Shown in pieces: positions 21,266 through 29,313 of a stretch of DNA of 64,000 bases. The notes beneath the pieces were generated by a model. That model saw nothing but the letters and a program-made list of their open reading frames with translations, was not told the origin of the DNA and did not search any database. The DNA comes from an uncultured Acidobacteriota bacterium (GTDB taxonomy: Bacteria; Acidobacteriota; Thermoanaerobaculia; Gp7-AA8). Numbering within the stretch: the first letter of the stretch is position 1; every line of letters begins with the position of its first letter. The stretch spans positions 2,240,001-2,304,000 of the forward strand of contig CAWGHO010000002.1 in the NCBI GenBank assembly GCA_963822445.1. Direction: 5' to 3'. Both the position numbers and the translations under genes were made by a program.

Positions 21266-22069
21266 GCGGATCATCTCCAGCTGCCGCACGAACCGCGTCG
21301 CGCCCACACGCTCCAGAAACGCGGCGATGCCTTCATCGCGCTCGTCGACGTTCATGATCCGCAACGGCTTCCCGGCCACGCTCGCCGCCTGATCGAGCAG
21401 CCGCATGCCGATCCCCCGACGCCGCGCCTCCCGCCGAACCGCGAGCTGGGCCAGATCGCCGGTCGCGGGGAAGACGATCGCGTACCCGTCCTCGTCGCCG
21501 AGGAGGACGTAGGGGTCGGCGGCGCGGGCGATGGACGATGTGGTGTTTTGCCAGGAGGGGGAAACGTCCCAGAAAAGGCTCAGAGGCTCAAGGGCGCAAA
21601 GGCTCAAAGGATCATTCGCATTGCTTTGAGCCTCTGCGCCTTTGAGCCCTTGAGCCTCGTACTTCCAGCATTGCAGTCCTCGCGACATTCGAAAGCCGAG
21701 GGCCCGATACAACTCCGCCGCCCGCCCGTTCCCCTCGAGAACTTCCAGCGTGTAGGTCGTGCAGTCACGGAGCAGATCGAAGGACCGTTCCATCATCTGG
21801 CGGGCGAGGCCGCGGCGGCGGTGGGTGGGGATGACGCCGGTGCCGGTGTCGTAGGCGCGATCGCCTTCGATCGCATTGAGCGTGAACGCCACGATGCGCT
21901 CGTCCTCGAACGCTGCGATCGACGCTTCCGGGACCCAGCCGCGGCGGCGCATCATCTCGGCGAGTTGCTCGCGGGTCAGGCTGAGGGGAACGAGGTAGTC
22001 GCTGAAGGCCGCGTTGAAGGCGTCGTGAACGGCGTCGAAATCATCGGCCGTCAGCGGGCGGATCACCAT
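21257..22069 (-). CDS. Tandem GNAT acetyltransferase
   Basis: AFSDYLVP, GTGVIPTHRRRGLA, LEVLEGN, QLAVRREARRRGIG. Confidence 0.85.
   Translation of the reverse strand: MVIRPLTADDFDAVHDAFNAAFSDYLVPLSLTREQLAEMMRRRGWVPEASIAAFEDERIVAFTLNAIEGDRAYDTGTGVIPTHRRRGLARQMMERSFDLLRDCTTYTLEVLEGNGRAAELYRALGFRMSRGLQCWKYEAQGLKGAEAQSNANDPLSLCALEPLSLFWDVSPSWQNTTSSIARAADPYVLLGDEDGYAIVFPATGDLAQLAVRREARRRGIGMRLLDQAASVAGKPLRIMNVDERDEGIAAFLERVGATRFVRQLEMIRSR
21575..21657. repeat. Inverted array of 8-bp units (AGGCTCAA-like) inside the GNAT coding sequence
   Basis: aggctcag aggctcaa gggcgcaa aggctcaa ... ctttgagcc tctgcgcc tttgagcc cttgagcct. Confidence 0.8.
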
Positions 22070-22593
22070 CCCATGCGTTCGCGCAGCGACGTGATGTGGC
22101 CGACGTGATGCTTGCCGTGCCACGCGTACATCGCCACGAGCCAGTCCAGCGTGGGCGTTCCTTCGTGCTCGGGATGGCGCAGGGTGCGGCGGAAGTCTTC
22201 CGGCTTCATCGAGCGGAAGAGCGTCATCCAGCGGGAGTGCAATGATTCGAGGAGAGTCAGCGAGACTTCGATCGGCGTGAGGCGCGAGTCCTCGAGCTTC
22301 GCCCAGGTCGACTCGTCGTACGGCCGGATGGTCGGCACATCCTCGGTCAGCGCGAGCTTGAGCCGGCAGTAGGCGTTGAGATGGCTGTCGGGGACGTGAT
22401 GGACGACCTGGCGCAACGTCCAGCCGCCATCGCGATACGGCGTGTCGAGTTGCTCTTCGCTCAGGCCGGCGACCGCGGCGCGCATTTTCGCGGGCGTCGC
22501 GGCGATGTCGTCCAGCATCGCCCGTCGTTCATCCGCGGAAAGCTCGTCGCGGCGCTGGAAAGGACCGATCGGATAGCGCGGGTCATTGCTCAT
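22063..22593 (-). CDS. YfiT/DinB family thiol S-transferase (BstA-like)
   Basis: DPRYPIG, LDTPYRDGGWTLRQVVHHVPDSH, YAWHGKHHVGHI. Confidence 0.9.
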   Translation of the reverse strand: MSNDPRYPIGPFQRRDELSADERRAMLDDIAATPAKMRAAVAGLSEEQLDTPYRDGGWTLRQVVHHVPDSHLNAYCRLKLALTEDVPTIRPYDESTWAKLEDSRLTPIEVSLTLLESLHSRWMTLFRSMKPEDFRRTLRHPEHEGTPTLDWLVAMYAWHGKHHVGHITSLRERMGW

Positions 22594-22617
22594 GACCCGC
22601 GATTGTAGATCGACGTC

Positions 22618-23121
22618 TTACGAGAGCGCTCGCAGGGCGGTGGCGTAATACTTCTTGATCGTCGCCACGTATTCGACGGCTTCCTCGGTCGCGTTCGGAC
22701 CGGCCTTCGCGACGAGCGTCGAGCCGGCGTTGTACGCGGCGAGGGCCATGGTCAGATCGCCGTTGAAGCGATCGAGCTGCTTCCGCAGGTACTTCGCGCC
22801 GCCGAAGATGTTCTGGCGGGGATCGAAGGAGTCGGTCACGCCCAGCGACCGAGCCGTCTTCGGCTTGAGCTGCATGATGCCCTCGGCGCCGATGCGCGAG
22901 ACCGCGCGCGGGTTGTAACGCGACTCCTTGAACGCCTGCGCGGCGAGGAGATTCGGATCGATGTCGTAGAGCTTGCCGGCATCGATGAAGTACTGGACGT
23001 ACTCCTGCGGAACCGGACGCGGCATTGCGTGGGAAGCGAGCTGGTGATTCGCGTGGTGCGCGAACGCCGGAACGGCCGAGGCAGCCAGGAGCACGATGAA
23101 AGCAAAAACGCGAGTCTTCAC
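22618..23121 (-). CDS. Secreted lytic transglycosylase (SLT domain)
   Basis: Signal peptide; KESRYNPRAVS (catalytic Glu), GAEGIMQL, NIFGGAKYL, ALAAYNAG. Confidence 0.9.
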   Translation of the reverse strand: MKTRVFAFIVLLAASAVPAFAHHANHQLASHAMPRPVPQEYVQYFIDAGKLYDIDPNLLAAQAFKESRYNPRAVSRIGAEGIMQLKPKTARSLGVTDSFDPRQNIFGGAKYLRKQLDRFNGDLTMALAAYNAGSTLVAKAGPNATEEAVEYVATIKKYYATALRALS

Positions 23122-23170
23122 GAGGTGCCTTTCCGGTCAGCGGAACGACCCCCGCGAACGACTCGCGTGG

Positions 23171-23266
23171 GACCACGTTCGGTAGCTCAGCCGTCTGCCA
23201 AATTGCTAACAGACCCGTTCGCTTTGCGCCCTCCCGTCGCCGGGAGTTTGCCTTTGTCGCGTGACC
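23171..23266 (-). ncRNA. Cyclic di-GMP-I (GEMM) riboswitch
   Basis: Minus strand GGTCACG..AAAGGCAAAC-TCCCG-GCGA-CGGGA-GGGCGCAAAGC..GGGTCT..GACGGCTGAGCTACCGAA-CGTGGTC: P1, GNRA-capped P2, GCAAA junction, P3 and UACCGA match the GEMM-I consensus. Confidence 0.88.
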
Positions 23267-23303
23267 TTGTTTCTTTGCGCTTACAACGAATGGCTACAAA
23301 TAA

Positions 23304-23492
23304 CTAATCCCAGTCGCGCCCGGCTTCCTTGCTGCCCAGGTCATCGCGATCTTCAGGCTTCTCCGCGCCGAAGCTCTTCCCGCCCGACTTCCCCGCGCCC
23401 ATGTTTCCGCCGCTGTCGTGTTTGCGCTCAGGCTCAGCCGGAGTGTTGCTCGAAGCCGCGTCGTCGCCACCGCGATTGTTCTGATTGGACAT
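23304..23492 (-). CDS. Small hydrophilic Gly-rich protein (62 aa)
   Basis: ATG preceded by GGAGGA; MSNQNNRGG...GGKSFG...DWD. Confidence 0.6.
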   Translation of the reverse strand: MSNQNNRGGDDAASSNTPAEPERKHDSGGNMGAGKSGGKSFGAEKPEDRDDLGSKEAGRDWD

Positions 23493-23547
23493 GTGTGGTT
23501 CCTCCGGGAGGGAGAAAGGGCAAGGGGTGGGCCAGGACGGTCGCGAT

Positions 23548-23802
23548 TCAGGCGAGATGCTGCCCCAGCTCGATGAAGACGATCTCGTGCGCACACGCGA
23601 CCTTTTCCAGCTCCGCGAGCGACAACGCCGCGGTGGCGATGTCACCAGCCACGTTTCCCAGGCGCACGCCGCGTTGCCGCAATGTCTCCGCGTCGCCGGT
23701 GAATCGAATGAGAACGCGCAGCGAATGCTGCGCGCGCTCCGGCTCCGGGACGCGTTGCCACAGCGCCCGGAGCCGGTGATCGACTTTGTCCTGCCAGCTC
23801 AA
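23548..23802 (-). CDS. Stand-alone subtilase propeptide-like (I9-like) protein
   Basis: 84 aa; aligns by eye to the adjacent protease prodomain; TTG start overlaps the protease stop. Confidence 0.65.
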   Translation of the reverse strand: MSWQDKVDHRLRALWQRVPEPERAQHSLRVLIRFTGDAETLRQRGVRLGNVAGDIATAALSLAELEKVACAHEIVFIELGQHLA

Positions 23803-26800
23803 CGTTTGCGCCGTTTCACTCCCTTGCGCAGCTCGAGACTCACGCCGCCGATGAGCTGTCCGCCCGAGTATTGCGCGATGTGGACGAAGCGGCGATTCTT
23901 CGCCGTCTTCTTCTCACCCGTCACCCGGATCCTGGCCGCCATCCGCACGCCGTCGGCCAGACGAACGGTCGGCACCTGCAGCTGACGCGCGTCGCCCATG
24001 GTGATGGTCGCCACGCCGTCGCGCAGCTCGAGGAATTCGGCACCGGCGATGTCCGTCAAGGTCCGGATGCGCTGCTCTCCTTCGAGCTTCGCTTCGATGC
24101 GCGCAATCGGATCCGTGTCCTTGCAGCCGTACGGCGCGCGACGGCCCTCGTTCTTCTCGATGAACTTGATGTCGCGCCACGGCAGCACCTGCGCCGGCAG
24201 AACCAGCGTCACCCGCGCCGCGCCGAGCTCCGGCGTCACGATCAGGCTGTCCTGATCCGACGAGCCCACGACGTAGAAGCTCATGTCGCTGTCGCCCGGG
24301 TCGTCGGGCTGCACGTGGACATTGTGCAGACCGATGTTGTTCCGCGCGGAGATGGCAGTCCATCCGCCGGCCCCGATGTTCGACGGATCGCCTTCGTTCT
24401 CCAGGCGCACCAGCAGGCAGAAGTGGTCGTCGCCGGCGATGTTCGAGCCGGGAGGCGGCGGCGCCCACGCGAAATCGACGCTCGTGCTCGCGCCGGCATT
24501 CAGTTCCGGGATCACGATCATGTTCGACTGGTTCACGAACGCCGGCGTGTCGTTGTAGATCCCGGTCGTGTTCCACGCCGCGGGATACGGGATGTTGGTC
24601 GAGGGATCGGCCCAGTAGAAATGCACCTCGGTATTTCGCGCTTTGAGCGTCCCGCGATTCCGCACCGTGATCCTGATGATGTTGTTGAACCGCTTGACCG
24701 GATCGAACGTTGGATTCGGCACCGGATTGCCGTCCGTGTCGAGGACCTCGATGTCGGGACTCAGCCAGGCGATGCCGGTGCTCGGCTCGACGCCGAGGTC
24801 TCCCACGTTGTCGCGGAGCCAGACGTCGGGACCGACAGCAGCCGCCGTGCAGCCGTTCGCGATCTGAACGAAGCCGAAGCCGAAGGCGTTGCTCGGGATG
24901 GCCAGACCGGTCGTGCCGGCCGTGTCTTCGAGAATCTGTTTCAGGTTGGCCCACGTGGTAGCCGCGCCGCGGCACTGGAACAGGCACGCGCACGCGCCGG
25001 CAACGATCGGCGAGGACATGCTGGTGCCGCTCATCCCCGTGTACAGCGCGCCCGGCACCGCGGCGTTCATGTTTCGCGAGCGCGGGGCGCTGACGTTGGT
25101 GCCCACCGCCGCGATCTCCGGTTTGATCCGGCGGTCGCGCGTCGGCCCGCGGCCGCTGCTGCCCGAGATCGCAGGCGTCCCCGCCGTCTTGTCGTGATTG
25201 CCGACGGTGATCGCCCGCTTCGCCGTTCCGGGACTGCCGACGGTGAGCGTGTCTTCCTGGAGGAACGGTGCGAGGAACCCCGATTCGCCGCGGTTGTTGC
25301 GATCGACCCAGGCCTGGAACGCCCCGTTGATCACCGTCGTGCCGGTCAGATCGATGGCGTGATTCCCGACCGGAATCTGCTGCCCGCCCGGTACGGTGTA
25401 GATGATGGTGATGAGGTTGTCGCCGTTGCGCGGATCGTTCAGCGTCGACGTCACCTGCACGTTCACGCCGCTCGCCAGCAGGGCGTTCGACGCACCGCCG
25501 GGGTTGACCGGACCGATGACCGTGGCCGGAACGGTCGGAACGGTCACCGTCACGTCGAACCGGTCGTGACCGTCGTACCAGATCTCGACGATGTCGCTCC
25601 GGTCCGGTGTTCCGAAGTAGTTCAGCACCAGGTTCGCCGTGCCGCCGGCCGGCACATTCCCTGCCGCATGGGAAGCTGTGTTGTTCGAGTTGCCGGCGGA
25701 GGTGACGATGGCGCGGCCGGGTGTGAGCAGCAGGTTGTCCATGAACTGCTCGCCGAGGAGGGTGCCGTCGTGCGGACCCTGGTTGTCGCCGACGCTCAGG
25801 TTGATCACGCAGGGCTGACCGAGGGCGGCGGCGCGCGCGAAGATGTACGCGCAGCCGTCCACATTCGACGCGATGTCCGCGGCCGCGGACACGCCGGAAC
25901 CAGTGTTCTTCACGAAGATGATGTCCGCCGCCGGAGCCGCTCCGGTGAACGTACCGGCCTGTCCCAGTCCATTGCCCGCCGCGATTCCGGTCACGTGCGT
26001 CCCGTGCTCGGCCGTTGTGCCGCCATGGCGGACGACGTCGTACGCCGGTGCGGGGTTCGTCAGTTCCGCGTCGATGTTGGCCTGGCTGTACTCGACGCCG
26101 TACGTCACGCCGCCGGCGGGGATGAACCCCAGCAGGACCGGATCGATCGGCGGACCGGCTTCCCCGGCGTTCGCGATGAGGGTCTGGTCCCACAGAAAAA
26201 GAACGCGGGTTGCGTTCGCAGCGGTGCGGAAGTCGGGATGGTAGATGTCGAGAAGACTGTCGACGACGCCGACGATCACGCCCGCGCCGTTGATCGCGGT
26301 CGGCATCGCGTTGTGGAGCGTGTCGACCTGCGCGTACGGGACCGCCTCGTCGAGCGTCGGAAATGCCGGCCGGGTCAGCTCGATGAAGCGCACCGCCGCC
26401 GATGCTTCCAGCTTCGGAATTGCAGACAGCGGCACGAACGCGGTGAAGACGTCGCCGGCCTGGCTGCGCACCTGCGCGCCCAGCTTCTTCAGGTCCGGCG
26501 CGCTGGCGTCCGAGAGGATGAACACGGACGCGAACGGCTCGCGCATCCGGAACGGCCACGGCTTTTTCTGAGTGTCATCGGGGAAGAAGAGACCGGTGGT
26601 GATCGGCGCGAAGATCTCGCGATCGAGCTCACGCAGGCGCTTGATCGCCGCCGGCCGCCCGCGCTCGTCGCCCAGCGCCTCCACCGCGACCCGGATCTCG
26701 CGCGCTACCTTCCCGGCCTGCTCGTCTTCCTCATCCTTCAATTTCCGCCGGGACTTCTCCGGCAGTTCGAGTAGAAACGCCAGCCTCGGATCGAGCTTCG

Positions 26801-26834
26801 GCCGCACCGCACGCACTTTCGTTCTTGTTGCCAT
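23799..26834 (-). CDS. S8 subtilase, CspA/CspB-like with jelly-roll insertion and C-terminal beta domains
   Basis: Triad VGVVDS / HGTHVTGIAAG / SGTSMSSP; oxyanion AGNS; no signal peptide. Confidence 0.9.
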   Translation of the reverse strand: MATRTKVRAVRPKLDPRLAFLLELPEKSRRKLKDEEDEQAGKVAREIRVAVEALGDERGRPAAIKRLRELDREIFAPITTGLFFPDDTQKKPWPFRMREPFASVFILSDASAPDLKKLGAQVRSQAGDVFTAFVPLSAIPKLEASAAVRFIELTRPAFPTLDEAVPYAQVDTLHNAMPTAINGAGVIVGVVDSLLDIYHPDFRTAANATRVLFLWDQTLIANAGEAGPPIDPVLLGFIPAGGVTYGVEYSQANIDAELTNPAPAYDVVRHGGTTAEHGTHVTGIAAGNGLGQAGTFTGAAPAADIIFVKNTGSGVSAAADIASNVDGCAYIFARAAALGQPCVINLSVGDNQGPHDGTLLGEQFMDNLLLTPGRAIVTSAGNSNNTASHAAGNVPAGGTANLVLNYFGTPDRSDIVEIWYDGHDRFDVTVTVPTVPATVIGPVNPGGASNALLASGVNVQVTSTLNDPRNGDNLITIIYTVPGGQQIPVGNHAIDLTGTTVINGAFQAWVDRNNRGESGFLAPFLQEDTLTVGSPGTAKRAITVGNHDKTAGTPAISGSSGRGPTRDRRIKPEIAAVGTNVSAPRSRNMNAAVPGALYTGMSGTSMSSPIVAGACACLFQCRGAATTWANLKQILEDTAGTTGLAIPSNAFGFGFVQIANGCTAAAVGPDVWLRDNVGDLGVEPSTGIAWLSPDIEVLDTDGNPVPNPTFDPVKRFNNIIRITVRNRGTLKARNTEVHFYWADPSTNIPYPAAWNTTGIYNDTPAFVNQSNMIVIPELNAGASTSVDFAWAPPPPGSNIAGDDHFCLLVRLENEGDPSNIGAGGWTAISARNNIGLHNVHVQPDDPGDSDMSFYVVGSSDQDSLIVTPELGAARVTLVLPAQVLPWRDIKFIEKNEGRRAPYGCKDTDPIARIEAKLEGEQRIRTLTDIAGAEFLELRDGVATITMGDARQLQVPTVRLADGVRMAARIRVTGEKKTAKNRRFVHIAQYSGGQLIGGVSLELRKGVKRRKR

Positions 26835-26906
26835 GTTGGGCCCCCCAGAACTCGATAGTGACGAATGCTCCTCCAGCGTTTCACCGGGAGCGACGGCCTC
26901 TCGCGC

Positions 26907-27776
26907 CTACAACCTGACGATCCCGTTGTACGTCTCCGGCCGGCGATCTCTGAAGAACTGCCAGGTGTTGCGGACCTCGCGGATCTTGTCGAGGTCGAGC
27001 TCGGCGGTGACGAGGGCGTCCTGGTCCCGCGCGCCGATGCTCACGATCTGGCCGCGGGGGTCGCAGAAGTAGCTCTGGCCGTAGAACTCGCCGATGTTCC
27101 AGGGCGCTTCGACGCCGACGCGGTTGATGGCGCCGACGAAGTAGCCGTTGGCGACGGCGTGCGCGGGCTGCTCGAGCTTCCACAGATATTCGGAGAGGCC
27201 GGCCACGGTTGCCGAGGGATTGAAGACGATCTCCGCGCCGGCGAGGCCGAGCTCGCGGGCGCCTTCCGGGAAGTGGCGGTCGTAGCAGATGTAGACGCCG
27301 ACCTTGCCGTACTTCGTGTCGAAGACCGGGTATCCGAGGTTGCCCGGGCGGAAGTAGAACTTCTCCCAGAAGCCGGGGGCCACGTGGGGGATGTGGTTCT
27401 TGCGGTACTTGCCGAGGTAGGTGCCGTCGGCGTCGATGACCGCGGCGGTGTTGTAGTAGATGCCGGTCTCTTCTTCCTCGTAGATCGGCACGACGATGAC
27501 CATGTTGTAGCGCTTGGCGTACTCCTGCATCAGCTTGGTGGTCGGGCCGTCCGGAATCTTCTCGACGGAGTCGTACCAGCGCGTGTTCTGCTCGGCGCAA
27601 AAGTACGGGCCGGTGAAGATCTCCTGCATGCAGAGCATCTGCACGCCTTCCTGCCCGGCCTGATCGATGTACTTGAGGGTGCGCTCGATCTGCGCATTGC
27701 GGATGGTTTCCAGCGACTCGCTGACGTCGCAGGCGAGGGCAGTCTGAATGAGACCGGCTTTCACGATTCGGGACAT
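26907..27776 (-). CDS. Nitrilase-family beta-ureidopropionase (N-carbamoyl-beta-alanine amidohydrolase)
   Basis: MQEIF (Glu), YRKNHIP (Lys), ICYDRHFPE (Cys), FFRDRRPE; next to hydA. Confidence 0.88.
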   Translation of the reverse strand: MSRIVKAGLIQTALACDVSESLETIRNAQIERTLKYIDQAGQEGVQMLCMQEIFTGPYFCAEQNTRWYDSVEKIPDGPTTKLMQEYAKRYNMVIVVPIYEEEETGIYYNTAAVIDADGTYLGKYRKNHIPHVAPGFWEKFYFRPGNLGYPVFDTKYGKVGVYICYDRHFPEGARELGLAGAEIVFNPSATVAGLSEYLWKLEQPAHAVANGYFVGAINRVGVEAPWNIGEFYGQSYFCDPRGQIVSIGARDQDALVTAELDLDKIREVRNTWQFFRDRRPETYNGIVRL

Positions 27777-27826
27777 GGGTTTTCTCCTGTCGGGGGATTG
27801 GGGCGGTTAGCGTACAGCAAAGATTC

Positions 27827-27902
27827 GTTTCGGGGTTACGGGGTTACGAGGTTTCGGGGTCGAAACTCTTCCTCGTAACCCCGTGACCCCGTAACCTCGT
27901 AA

Positions 27903-27903
<1 letters not shown>
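27827..27903. repeat. Inverted array of 8-bp GTTACGRG units
   Basis: Four units per arm, same family as 16769. Confidence 0.85.
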
Positions 27904-29288
<1,385 letters not shown>

Positions 29289-29313
29289 ATGAGCGCGCAT
29301 TCTAAACCCGCGT

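Noticed and set aside
23171-23266. 3'3'-cGAMP (GEMM-Ib) riboswitch variant
   Set aside because: The discriminator position equivalent to Vc2 G20 is G, not A
23304-23492. RiPP precursor peptide
   Set aside because: No Cys/Ser/Thr-rich core, no recognisable leader and no modifying enzyme or exporter adjacent
23871-26774. 967-aa antisense ORF and other long shadow ORFs (e.g. 7261..8733, 12778..14388, 29335..30984, 54036..55586)
   Set aside because: Lie opposite well-supported genes; expected from high GC and codon bias; no recognisable motifs
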